Positions 1 through 8,676 are shown, counted from the first letter of the stretch. The stretch is 64,000 bases of DNA from Actinomycetota bacterium (GCA_046730015.1 JBKPHT010000137.1:1512-65511), one strand, 5' to 3'. A program made the numbers and translations. The notes: generated from the sequence alone by a model not told the origin.

Positions 1-183
1 CAGCAGCGTGACCGCCAGGGCCAGGACGTCGATGGCGAAGGCCAGGGTCCGGGACGGCACCCCGGCCCGCTCGAAGTCGAGCACCACCGCCTCGGGCGTG
101 ACGATCGGCTGGACGACCGGCGACCCGGTCGACACCCCCGTCCCGGCGTTCGCCGGCGACCCCGCAGTCCACGACGCTGTCAC
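1..183 (-). CDS. RDD family membrane protein (partial; 3' end lies beyond window start)
   Basis: The minus frame reads ...VVQPIVTPEAVVLDFERAGVPSRTLAFAIDVLALAVTLL and runs off position 1, a typical RDD N-terminus. It is divergent from the SpoIIM-like gene, as in the conserved actinobacterial cluster. The start is GTG at 183 or 135 (uncertain). It is absent from the ORF track because it is truncated. Confidence 0.6.
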   Translation of the reverse strand, partial: MTASWTAGSPANAGTGVSTGSPVVQPIVTPEAVVLDFERAGVPSRTLAFAIDVLALAVTLL

Positions 184-270
184 CGGGCAGCACGGTAGTG
201 GCGCGGCCCGCGCGGCTCCCGGTCGTGGCCGGCCCGGCCGGCGGGCCAGGAGGTAGCGTCGCCGCCGATC

Positions 271-1308
271 GTGGACATCGACCGCTTCATCGCCCGCAAT
301 GCGCCCGCCTGGGACCGGCTCGACGAGCTGTCGTCCCGCGCTGGCCGCCGCCTCCACCGGCTGACGCCCCGGGAGGTGGACGAGCTGGTGGAGCTCTACC
401 AGCGGGTGTCGTCGCACCTGTCCCACGCCCGTGTGGCCTATGCCGACCCGGCGCTGGTCGGGCGGCTGACCCGGCTGGTGAGCCGGGCCAACGGGGTCAT
501 CTACTCCACCCGGAGCCGCACGCTGCGGGCGATCGCCGACTTCTTCGCCTGGCGGTTCCCCGCCGCGGTGTGGCAGAGCGGGCGGTTCATCGCGGTCAGC
601 GCCGCGCTGCTGGTCGTGCCCGCGCTCGCCCTCGGCGCCTGGCTCGGCACCAGCGAGGCCGCCATCGAGGCCACCGGGCCCGAGGCGGCCCGCCGGGAGT
701 ACCTGGACGAGGACTTCGAGTCGTACTACTCGTCCGAGCCCGCGACCCAGTTCGCGACCGAGGTCACGGTCAACAACATCCAGGTGGCGGTGATGGCCTT
801 CGCGGGTGGCGTGCTGCTGGGCATCCCCACCGTCGTGATGATGGCGCTCAACGGCGCCAACCTCGGCCTGGCGGGCGGGCTGTTCGCCGACGCTGGGGAG
901 CTGGGGCGGTTCTTCGGGCTGATCCTGCCCCACGGGCTGCTGGAGCTCACCGCGGTGGTGGTGGCCGGCGGCGCCGGGCTGCGGCTGGGGTGGGCGGTGA
1001 TCGCCCCCGGCGACCGTCCCCGGGCCCGGGCGCTGGGCGACGAGGCCCGGCAGGCCGGCGTCATCGCCCTGGGGCTGATGCTGGCGTTCCTGATGGCGGG
1101 GATCATCGAGGGGTTCGTCACCGGCCGGGGCGTGCCCACCGGCCTGCGGGTCGCCATCGGCGTGGCCGCCGAGGCGGTGTTCGTGACCTGGGTGGTGGTC
1201 CAGGGCCGGGCCGCGAGCCGCCGCGGCCTCACCGGCGCGGTCGGCGAGCTCGACCGGGGCTGGGACGACCTGGCCCTCGCCCGCGAGCGCGCCTGGTCCT
1301 CGGGCTGA
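271..1308 (+). CDS. SpoIIM-like (DUF95) integral membrane protein
   Basis: 345-aa ORF with a GTG start. It has an N-terminal soluble helix region followed by multiple TM segments (LPHGLLELTAVVVAGGAGLRLG motif typical of stage II sporulation protein M-like proteins). It sits beside RDD and MoxR-DUF58 genes. Confidence 0.8.
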   Translation: MDIDRFIARNAPAWDRLDELSSRAGRRLHRLTPREVDELVELYQRVSSHLSHARVAYADPALVGRLTRLVSRANGVIYSTRSRTLRAIADFFAWRFPAAVWQSGRFIAVSAALLVVPALALGAWLGTSEAAIEATGPEAARREYLDEDFESYYSSEPATQFATEVTVNNIQVAVMAFAGGVLLGIPTVVMMALNGANLGLAGGLFADAGELGRFFGLILPHGLLELTAVVVAGGAGLRLGWAVIAPGDRPRARALGDEARQAGVIALGLMLAFLMAGIIEGFVTGRGVPTGLRVAIGVAAEAVFVTWVVVQGRAASRRGLTGAVGELDRGWDDLALARERAWSSG

Positions 1309-1346
1309 CCGCGGGATCGGCCCGCCGCCCGCCGCCCGCGGCCCGG

Positions 1347-2702
1347 TCAGAGGCGGCCGGTGGCCTTGACCCGGAGGTACGCGTCGGCCAGGGCCGGGGC
1401 CAGGTCGCCGGGCCGGGCGTCGATGACGGTGGCGCCGAGGCCCCGGAGCCGGGCCACCGTCCGCCGCCGGGCGTCGAGCGCGGCGACCGCCGCCACTCGC
1501 CGGTAGACGGTCGTGACGTCGTCGCCGGGGGTGGACGCCCACCGGGCCACGTCGGGATCCTGGACGCCGGCCACCACGACGACGTGCTCGCGCAGCACCA
1601 AGGGCAGGGCCGGCACCAGCCACTCCTCCACCGCCGAGGCCTGCAGGTCGGTCAGCACCACCAGCAGCGTCCGGCGGCGGAACCGGGCCAGCGTCTCGGC
1701 GAAGGCGCCGCCGTAGTCGCTCTCGGCCAGCACCGGCTCGAGGTCGTACAGCGCCTCGACCACCCGGCCGAGCTGGGCCCGGCCGCCCGCGGGCGGCACC
1801 GCGGCCCGGACCTCCCGGTCGAACGCCACGACCCCGCACCGGTCGCCCAGACCGGTGGCCACCGCGGTGAGCATCATCACCGCGTCCACCGCGTGCTCGA
1901 CCCGGGGCACCCCGTCGACCCGGCCGGCCATGACCCGGCCGTTGTCCAGCAGCACGAGGACCGTCTGGTTGCGCTCGGCCCGGTAGGTGCGGACGATCGG
2001 CCGGCCCGCCCGGGCGGTGGCGGCCCAGTCGACCCGGCGGAACTCGTCGTCGACCGCGTAGTCGCGCAGCTGGTCGAACTCGGTGCCGCCGCCCCGCCCC
2101 TGGGCCGAGCGCAGCCCGATCTCCAGGATCCGGGCCTTGCGGATGCGCAGCTCGGCCTCGTCCTTCGACCGGAATGACGGGAACACCCGCAGCACGCCCG
2201 GCACCGCCAGGGCCGCCTGGCGGGCGGCCAGGCCCAGCGGCCCGTCGACCCGCAGCACCAGCTCGGCCGGGGTGAACCTCCCCCGGCGGGCGGGCCGGAT
2301 GTCGGTCGCCGCCCGCAGCGAACCACCGGCCGGCACCCGCGCCACCACCCGCCGGGTGGTCGCCCGCAACGACGGGGCCAGCTCGTCGGCCAGCGCCACC
2401 CGCACCGCCCGCCGGGTCGGGTTGTCGACCCGCCAGGCGACCCGGTCGGTGGCGCCGAGCGTCACCGCCGGCGGAAGCCACCGGCCCACCGGCATCGAGG
2501 TCGGCGCCGGAGCCAGGGCGGCGTCGACGACGGCCACCGCCAGCAGCGCAGCGTCGACGGCCAGGAGCGCCCACCAGCCGCCCCCGGGGACGACGAGCAC
2601 GAGCAGCGAGCCGAGGGCTACGACCGCCGCCAGCCGCCGGCTCGGCACCGGGGCGAGCCCCAGCCCCCGCCGCCGGGCCGGCCGGGGCGCGGCCGCGGGC
2701 AC
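1347..2702 (-). CDS. DUF58 domain-containing protein
   Basis: The motif block FDQLRDYAVDDEFRRVDWAATARAGRPIVRTYRAERNQTVLVLLDNG is the DUF58 signature. The track ORF extends to 2906 only because it reads through an intergenic repeat. The GTG at 2702 (VPAAAPRP...) lies just 3' of the repeat and is the likely start. Confidence 0.85.
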   Translation of the reverse strand: MPAAAPRPARRRGLGLAPVPSRRLAAVVALGSLLVLVVPGGGWWALLAVDAALLAVAVVDAALAPAPTSMPVGRWLPPAVTLGATDRVAWRVDNPTRRAVRVALADELAPSLRATTRRVVARVPAGGSLRAATDIRPARRGRFTPAELVLRVDGPLGLAARQAALAVPGVLRVFPSFRSKDEAELRIRKARILEIGLRSAQGRGGGTEFDQLRDYAVDDEFRRVDWAATARAGRPIVRTYRAERNQTVLVLLDNGRVMAGRVDGVPRVEHAVDAVMMLTAVATGLGDRCGVVAFDREVRAAVPPAGGRAQLGRVVEALYDLEPVLAESDYGGAFAETLARFRRRTLLVVLTDLQASAVEEWLVPALPLVLREHVVVVAGVQDPDVARWASTPGDDVTTVYRRVAAVAALDARRRTVARLRGLGATVIDARPGDLAPALADAYLRVKATGRL

Positions 2703-2711
2703 GGGGTCGTT

Positions 2712-2789
2712 CTCCCGTTCCCGAGGCGATGGTGGTCGGCCCCCGACCCCTATCGCCTCGCGAACCGCGGAACGGCCCCTATCGCCTCG
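2712..2789 (-). repeat. GAGGCGATAGGGG-type nested palindromic element, copy A (3 units, reverse orientation)
   Basis: ccgaggcgatggtggtcggcccccgacccctatcgcctcg plus a third unit, cccctatcgcctcg. It is the reverse complement of the copy at 8707-8779 and lies between the moxR stop and the DUF58 start. Confidence 0.9.
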
Positions 2790-2800
2790 CCACGCACCGG

Positions 2801-3820
2801 TCACCGGGGCACCGGCACGGCGGCGAGGATGCCGTCCAGGACGCCGTCGACCGTCGTGCCCTCCAGCTCCAGCTCGGGGCGCAGCAGGACCCGGTGGCGG
2901 ACGCACGGCTTGAGCACGGCCTTCACCTCGTCGGGGGTCACGAACCCCCGCCCCGCCAGCCAGGCCCAGGCCTTGGCCGCGTGCAGCACCATCGCCGCGC
3001 CCCGGGGCGACACGCCGAGCGTCACAGCCGGCGCGGTCCGGGTGGCCCGGGACAGGGCGACGATGTAGCCGAGCACCGCTGGTTCGACCCGGATCCGCTC
3101 GATCTGGACTCTGGCCGCCGCCAGGTCGGCCGCGGTGGCCACCGGCTTGATCCCGGCCGCCACCGTGTCATGGGGGTCGAGGCCCCGGTCGTGGCGCGCC
3201 AGCACCTCCTGCTCCTGCTCGGGGCTCGGGTATGCCACGGCCAGCTTGAACAAGAACCGGTCGAGCTGAGCCTCGGGCAGCGGGTACGTGCCCTCGTACT
3301 CCACCGGGTTCTGGGTGGCGACCACCATGAACGGGTCCGGCAGCGGGTGGGCCGAGCCCTCCACGGTGACCTGCCGCTCCTCCATGGCCTCCAGCAGGGC
3401 CGCCTGGGTCTTGGGCGGCGTTCGGTTGATCTCGTCGGCGAGCAGCACGTTGGTGAACACCGGCCCGGGCCGGAACCTGAACCGGCCGTCGCCCCCCACG
3501 CCCTGGCCGTCGAGGATGAGCTGCCCGGTCACGTCGGACGGCATGAGGTCCGGGGTGAACTGCACCCGCTTCATGTCGAGGTCGAGCGCGGCCGACATGG
3601 CCTTGACGATCAGCGTCTTGGCCACGCCCGGCACGCCCTCCAGCAGGACGTGGCCGGGCGCCAGCAGCGCCGCCACCAGGCCGGACAGGGTGCCGTCCTG
3701 GCCCACCACCACCTTGGCCACCTCGTCCCGCACCGCGAGGACGGCCAGGCGCGGGTCGCGCTCGGGCTCGTCGACGGGCCGGTCGGTGGGTGGCCCGGGG
3801 GCGGGCTCGGGGTCAGACAT
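2801..3820 (-). CDS. MoxR family AAA+ ATPase
   Basis: Walker A LLEGVPGVAKT plus the typical MoxR blocks (RVQFTPDLMPSDVTG, LLADEINRTPPKTQAALLEAMEE). The start is ATG at 3820 (MSDPEP), or an upstream start at 3838. Confidence 0.92.
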   Translation of the reverse strand: MSDPEPAPGPPTDRPVDEPERDPRLAVLAVRDEVAKVVVGQDGTLSGLVAALLAPGHVLLEGVPGVAKTLIVKAMSAALDLDMKRVQFTPDLMPSDVTGQLILDGQGVGGDGRFRFRPGPVFTNVLLADEINRTPPKTQAALLEAMEERQVTVEGSAHPLPDPFMVVATQNPVEYEGTYPLPEAQLDRFLFKLAVAYPSPEQEQEVLARHDRGLDPHDTVAAGIKPVATAADLAAARVQIERIRVEPAVLGYIVALSRATRTAPAVTLGVSPRGAAMVLHAAKAWAWLAGRGFVTPDEVKAVLKPCVRHRVLLRPELELEGTTVDGVLDGILAAVPVPR

Positions 3821-4961
3821 GGGCGAGGACCTCCTCACGGATGTGGTCGATGGCGCGGGCCAGGGCGACGAGCCCGGCGTCGTCGGTGACGGGACCGGCG
3901 CCCAGCACGGCCCGCAGGCGGTCGGCGTCGACGCCGGTCCGCTCGGCGGCCACGGCCGCCAGCACGTCGTCGCCGGCCTGGGGCGGCACGCCGAGCCGGT
4001 CGGTCAGGAAGCGGCGGAGGTCGGCCCGGAGCACGTCGGCCGCGTGGCCCGGCGAGCCGGCCCGGTCGAGCAGGCCGCCGACGGCGGCGACGAGCTCCGA
4101 ACCGGCCAGCGCCACCGGTTGGGGCTCGGCCACCGGGCGGCCGAGCCGCCGGGCCCGCCACAGGGCGTACACGACGGCGGCGAGGCCCAGCTGCACGAGC
4201 GCCGCCTTCACTCCGGACGAGATCAGGTCGAGCAGGCCCCTGCCGCCGCCCCCGGCCCCGGCGATCGCCCCGGGCTCGAACACGACGACCGACGTCCCCG
4301 CCTCGGGGGCCACGACGGCGCCGGCCACCGCGGCGTTCTCCCCCTCGTCGAGGGCCTCGTTGACCAGCAGGCCCGAGCCGCCCATGGCCAGCACCGTGCC
4401 CTGGCCCCGGTCGGAGGCGACGAGGAAGGCGGCGCCGCCACCGTCCGACAGGCACGTCTCGCCGCCCGAGCCGGGGTCGTAGAGCACGCCGCCGTTGCGG
4501 GGCTCGACGCCGGCCACGTCGACGCCGTCGAGCGCGCCGATGTCGCAGCTCCCGTCGAGGGTGCGGGCGGGGCCGAGCTCGGAGGTCTCCCGGAACTCGC
4601 CCACCCACGACGGCGTGTACTCGGAGCTTGGATCGGTGACGATCAGCCGGCCGCCGTCCGCGAGCCACCGGTCGATCTCGTCCCGCTGGCCGTCGCCCAG
4701 CAGGTCGCGGAACATGACGATGACGTCGGGGGCGGATCCGGGATCGTCCAGCTCGGGCATCCGGTCGCGGACGTCGACCTCGGCCCCGAGCCCCTCGGCC
4801 AGCGACACCAGCGCGCTGGTGCCGAGCCGGCCGTCCGAGGTGGGCGACAGCGGCGTGTCGCCCCGGGGCCCCCCGACGGCCAGCACGCCGAGCACGGTGG
4901 CGACCGCCAGGCCGGCGCCGACGAGCCAGGCGCGAGCGGTGCCCGACCCGCCGGCACTCAC
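3813..4961 (-). CDS. DUF4350 domain-containing protein
   Basis: This is the C-terminal 382 aa of track ORF 3813..5531. The GTG start at 4961 overlaps the stop of the upstream DUF4129 gene (GTGA). It has an N-terminal TM segment and sits in the canonical position between DUF4129 and MoxR. Confidence 0.8.
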   Translation of the reverse strand: MSAGGSGTARAWLVGAGLAVATVLGVLAVGGPRGDTPLSPTSDGRLGTSALVSLAEGLGAEVDVRDRMPELDDPGSAPDVIVMFRDLLGDGQRDEIDRWLADGGRLIVTDPSSEYTPSWVGEFRETSELGPARTLDGSCDIGALDGVDVAGVEPRNGGVLYDPGSGGETCLSDGGGAAFLVASDRGQGTVLAMGGSGLLVNEALDEGENAAVAGAVVAPEAGTSVVVFEPGAIAGAGGGGRGLLDLISSGVKAALVQLGLAAVVYALWRARRLGRPVAEPQPVALAGSELVAAVGGLLDRAGSPGHAADVLRADLRRFLTDRLGVPPQAGDDVLAAVAAERTGVDADRLRAVLGAGPVTDDAGLVALARAIDHIREEVLAHV

Positions 4962-5671
4962 GTTGTCGCCCCCGCCCGCTCGGCCGCCGCGTCCGACCGT
5001 GCGAGGGCCTCGTCGGCAGCCGCCGCGAAGCGGTCGCGCTCGGCCGGCCCGGTCGGCGCGTGGCCGTACCAGGCCTCCTCGAACAGCACCGTCGCCGCCG
5101 AGAACGCCGGGTGGGCGGCCGGGGCCGCCGCCCGGACGTCGGCCACCAGCTCGCCGGCGGTGCGGCCCACCAGGTCGGGGATGACGCCCCGCTCGGCCAG
5201 CCGGCCGATCAGCACCCGGTACCGGGCCCGGAGGGCGTCCCGCCAGCGGCCCTCGGCCTCGGCCCGGCCCACCTCGGCCGCCCAGTCGACCGGTGCCTCG
5301 CCCGACGCCACCACCACGCGGCTGTCGCCCGCAGCGCCCCGGAGCCGGGCCCGACGCCACCCGCCGCGCCGCCGGAGGACGAGGAACGTCACGCCGGCCA
5401 CCAGCAGCGCGAGCACCAGCCAGCCCAGCCACACGGGCACCGAGCCGAGCCCGAGCGGGACTGTGATCCGACCGATCTGGTCGGCCAGCCAGTCGCCCAC
5501 CCGCTCGAGCAGGCTGCGGTCGTCGGCCCACCGGTAGCGGGGCCGGGACAGGATCTCGTCGGCCAGCTCGCGGGCCCGCGACGGCTGGTGAGTCGGCTCG
5601 GGCAGGTCGGCGAGCCGGCCCGGCGGGAGAGCGCGGCGCGCGGCCGCCAGCACGGCGACGTCGGCCGCCAC
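4958..5671 (-). CDS. DUF4129 domain-containing protein
   Basis: 237-aa ORF with one central TM segment, then a C-terminal region (RYRVLIGRLAERGVIPDLVGRTAGELV...FEEAWYG) typical of DUF4129. It is part of the MoxR cluster. Confidence 0.8.
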   Translation of the reverse strand: MAADVAVLAAARRALPPGRLADLPEPTHQPSRARELADEILSRPRYRWADDRSLLERVGDWLADQIGRITVPLGLGSVPVWLGWLVLALLVAGVTFLVLRRRGGWRRARLRGAAGDSRVVVASGEAPVDWAAEVGRAEAEGRWRDALRARYRVLIGRLAERGVIPDLVGRTAGELVADVRAAAPAAHPAFSAATVLFEEAWYGHAPTGPAERDRFAAAADEALARSDAAAERAGATT

Positions 5672-5672
5672 C

Positions 5673-6719
5673 TCAGGCGGGCCTGTCGAGCACGTGCCGC
5701 GCGGTCATCTCGATGTCCAGCCCCTCGTTCCGGACCCGCAGGTCGAGATAGAGCAGCGTGGTGGCCGCGGCGGTGAACGGCACGACGATCACCTCGGCGA
5801 CCACGCCCCCGACGGCCAGCAGGGGCCAGGCGGCCGGCGAGTCGATCCAGATGGCCAGCACCTGGGGCAGCGCGGCGAGGGCGTTCGACAGGAGCAGCCC
5901 GACGATGCCCATGAGCAGCGCCAGGCCGAGCACGGGGAAGTAGCGGCCCTGGACGAGCCGGATCGACCGGCCCAGCGCCGCGAACGGGCCGACCCCCTCG
6001 ACGGCGATGACGGGGGCCACCACGACGAACATCGCCATCACGAACACGATGGCGACGTAGCAGCCGAAGATGCCCGCCACCTCCGCCAGCTTGACGAGGA
6101 CGAACGAGACGGTCAGCGGGACGATCCGCCGCCCGACCACCCCGAACAGCTCGCCGGCCGGGGCGTCGCGCCCCATCATCCACTGGGACACCTGGTGGGC
6201 CACCGCGGCGGCGACGCACACGAGGGCGAGGCCGGACAGGAACACGGCGGCGAAGATCGCCGAGTACTGGGCGCCGAGGTCGGAGCTCGACTGGTCGAGC
6301 ACCGCGGGGTCGCCGCTGAACACGTCGGCGACCCCGAGCCCGCCGCTCACCTGCCGGCCGATGAACGCCACCAGCAGTTGGCTCGGCACCACGAACGCGG
6401 CGGCGAGGCCGAGCAGCCGGCGGGGCCGGGCCTTGAGCACGGCGAACCCGCCGTCGAGGACGTCGGCCACGGTCATCGGCCGGAGGGCGAGGCCGGGCAC
6501 GGACGGGGCGGGGGGCGCCTCCCCGTCACCCCTGTCCCTGTCCCCGGCCGCGGGAGCGGGGCCGGGACCGGCACCGGCCGAGGCGACGACCGGCGGCGCG
6601 TCCGCCACGGTCGGCTGGGCCACGGCCGAGCCGGGGACGGCCCAGCCGCCGCTCCCGTACCGCGGGCCGTCGCGGCCGTCGTGCACCCCGTCGCGGGTCC
6701 CGTCCTCCATCGCTCCCAT
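5673..6719 (-). CDS. polytopic membrane protein (GP-PDE-membrane-domain-like / DUF975-like)
   Basis: A Pro/Gly-rich N-terminus is followed by about 6 TM segments and a C-terminal LYLDLRVRNEGLDIE motif. It is the first gene of the minus-strand MoxR operon. ATG 6719 is preferred over 6761, which would overlap the divergent methyltransferase. Confidence 0.7.
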   Translation of the reverse strand: MGAMEDGTRDGVHDGRDGPRYGSGGWAVPGSAVAQPTVADAPPVVASAGAGPGPAPAAGDRDRGDGEAPPAPSVPGLALRPMTVADVLDGGFAVLKARPRRLLGLAAAFVVPSQLLVAFIGRQVSGGLGVADVFSGDPAVLDQSSSDLGAQYSAIFAAVFLSGLALVCVAAAVAHQVSQWMMGRDAPAGELFGVVGRRIVPLTVSFVLVKLAEVAGIFGCYVAIVFVMAMFVVVAPVIAVEGVGPFAALGRSIRLVQGRYFPVLGLALLMGIVGLLLSNALAALPQVLAIWIDSPAAWPLLAVGGVVAEVIVVPFTAAATTLLYLDLRVRNEGLDIEMTARHVLDRPA

Positions 6720-6738
6720 CTTCGCCCACAATGACCGG

Positions 6739-7518
6739 GTGGAGGGATATCGCCCCAGCACCTACGGCGACCGCTTCGCCGACGTGTACGACGACTGGTA
6801 CGGCGACGTGTCCGACACCGGCGCCACCGTCGACCGGGTGGCCGCCCTCGCCACGGAGGCCGGCAGCGGCCCGGTGCTGGAGCTGGGGGCCGGCAGCGGC
6901 CGGCTGGCCGTGCCCCTGGCCGAGCGCGGGCTCACCGTGTGGGCCCTCGACGCGTCGGCGGCCATGCTCGCCCGGCTGGCGGCGCGGCCGGGCGGCGACC
7001 GGGTCGTGGCGGTGCAGGGCGACATGGCCGACCTCGACCTCGGCCCCGGCGCGCCGCCCGGCTTCGCCGTCGTGCTGTGCGCGTTCAACACCTTGTTCAA
7101 CCTCACCGACACCGACGCGCAGCGCCGCTGCCTCACCCGGGCCGGCCGGGTGTTGGCCCCGGGCGGCCGGCTGGTGGTCGAGGCGTTCGTCCCGCCCCCG
7201 GGCGGCGAGGACGAGGCGGCGGTCGGCGCCGTGGAGCCCCGCCACATCGGCCTGGACGAGGTGGTGCTCACCGTCAGCCGGCTCGACCCGGCGGCCAGGA
7301 CGGTCACGGGCCAGCACGTCCAGATCACCGAGAGCGGCGTCCGGTTGCGGCCGTGGGTGCTCCACTACGCCGCCCCCGACGAGCTCGACGCGCTGGCCGC
7401 CGAGGCTGGATTGCACCTGGTCGAACGCCACGCGGGGTGGCGCGGCGAGCCGTTCACGGCGTCGTCGCCCGTCCACGTCTCGACCTACGCCCGGGGGGGT
7501 CGAGCCGCCGCGCGGTGA
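6739..7518 (+). CDS. class I SAM-dependent methyltransferase
   Basis: SAM-binding motif I VLELGAGSGRLAVPLAERG, with post-I and motif II spacing. GTG start at 6739, within track ORF 6070..7518. Confidence 0.85.
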   Translation: MEGYRPSTYGDRFADVYDDWYGDVSDTGATVDRVAALATEAGSGPVLELGAGSGRLAVPLAERGLTVWALDASAAMLARLAARPGGDRVVAVQGDMADLDLGPGAPPGFAVVLCAFNTLFNLTDTDAQRRCLTRAGRVLAPGGRLVVEAFVPPPGGEDEAAVGAVEPRHIGLDEVVLTVSRLDPAARTVTGQHVQITESGVRLRPWVLHYAAPDELDALAAEAGLHLVERHAGWRGEPFTASSPVHVSTYARGGRAAAR

Positions 7519-7588
7519 CACGCACCGTGCCGCCCGGCGGAAGTTGTACGTTGACGCGGTGTCCACGATCGTCGCCGATCGCTCGCCA

Positions 7589-7686
7589 GTGAGCGAGCGC
7601 AGCGAGCGAACCATGAGAACAGTGCCCTACCCGGCACGCAGTGCCGATGGCTCACTGCGTGCATCCCGAAGGGTGCACCAGTGAGC
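7589..7686 (+). repeat. 92-nt start-codon-associated structured element, copy A (includes duplicated GTGAGC junctions)
   Basis: GTGAGC at 7589 and again at 7681 (the galT start) lie exactly 92 nt apart. The conserved block TGAGCGAGCGCAGCGAGCGAACC is shared with the copy at 45405-45502. Hairpin CGGCAC-GCA-GTGCCG is at 7632-7646, and a 37-nt hairpin at 7650-7686 pairs the galT SD and GTG. Confidence 0.8.
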
Positions 7687-8676
7687 CAACTTCGGCTGAA
7701 CCCTCTGACCGGGCGCTGGGTCGGGGTCGCCGCCGGCCGAGAGCACCGGCCCGGCGACCTGGTGTCCCGCCAGCTCCCGGTCGAGTCCGACCCCAACCGG
7801 CCGTGCCCGTTCTGCCCGGGCCACGAGGAAGCCACCCCGCCCGCGCTGGAGACCTACGGCCGGCACGGCGAGTGGGTCGTGCGGGTCGTCCTCAACCGGT
7901 ATCCGGCGTTCGACGGCGACGAGCCGCTGAAGGTCCACAACCTCGGCCCGGTGTTCACCCAGGCGGCGGCCAGCGGCATCCACGAGGTGCTGGTCTTCTC
8001 GCCCGAGCACGAGGCGGGGTGGGCCGACCTCGACGACGCCCAGGCGGCCGTGACGATGGCCGCCATCCGCGACCGGATGGAGGACCACGCTCGCCGCCCG
8101 TCGATCCGGTACACCCAGGTGATCGTCAACTCGGGGCGGGAGGCCGGGGCCAGCCTGGAGCACCCCCACGGCCAGCTGCTCGGCATCCCGTTCGTGCCTG
8201 GGGAGATCGCCGAGGAAGAGGCCGGGTTCCGCCGCTTCGAGGGCTCGTGCCTGCTGTGCACCACGCTCGAGGCCGAGGAGGCGGCCGGCCACCGGCTCGT
8301 CTACGTCGACGACCGGGTGGTGGTCGTGTGCCCCTTCTGGTCGGGGGCGCCGTACGAGATGCTGGTGCTGCCCCGCCACCACGAGGTCCACGTCACCGAC
8401 GCCGCACCGCCGGACGTGGCCGCGGTGGGCCGGGCGATCCGCACCGCGCTGGCCCGGCTGCGGGTTTGTCTGGGCGACGTGTCCTACAACCTGATGTTCC
8501 ACACCGCACCGCACCGCCACGCGGGGCCGTTCCACTGGCACGTCCACGTCATCCCGCGGGTGACCAGCGTGGCAGGGTTCGAGCAGGGCACCGGCGTGAT
8601 GATCGACATCGTGGCCCCCGAGGTGGCGGCCCGGCACCTCGCCGTCCCGGCCGACGCCCCGGCGGCGGCGGGCTAG
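7681..8676 (+). CDS. galT: galactose-1-phosphate uridylyltransferase (HIT-type)
   Basis: Zinc motif CPFCPGHE, active-site HPHGQL, and a second half-domain. 331 aa, GTG start. Confidence 0.9.
   Translation: MSQLRLNPLTGRWVGVAAGREHRPGDLVSRQLPVESDPNRPCPFCPGHEEATPPALETYGRHGEWVVRVVLNRYPAFDGDEPLKVHNLGPVFTQAAASGIHEVLVFSPEHEAGWADLDDAQAAVTMAAIRDRMEDHARRPSIRYTQVIVNSGREAGASLEHPHGQLLGIPFVPGEIAEEEAGFRRFEGSCLLCTTLEAEEAAGHRLVYVDDRVVVVCPFWSGAPYEMLVLPRHHEVHVTDAAPPDVAAVGRAIRTALARLRVCLGDVSYNLMFHTAPHRHAGPFHWHVHVIPRVTSVAGFEQGTGVMIDIVAPEVAARHLAVPADAPAAAG

Noticed and set aside
8-256. An 82-aa plus-strand ORF lies at the window start.
   Set aside because: It overlaps the better-supported minus-strand RDD N-terminus and the divergent promoter region, and its translation is R/A/G-rich with no motif.
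198-2177. Other long ORFs have Arg/Pro/Gly-rich translations. Examples are 198..2177, 3288..5537, 7627..9699, 16960..19098, 18852..21155, 25200..28346, 25426..28128, 45407..47926 and 53853..55859 upstream of 54812.
   Set aside because: They are out-of-frame or antisense to genes with clear family motifs. Their composition and lack of motifs indicate GC-driven artefacts. Only their in-frame C-terminal portions were used where they coincide with real genes.
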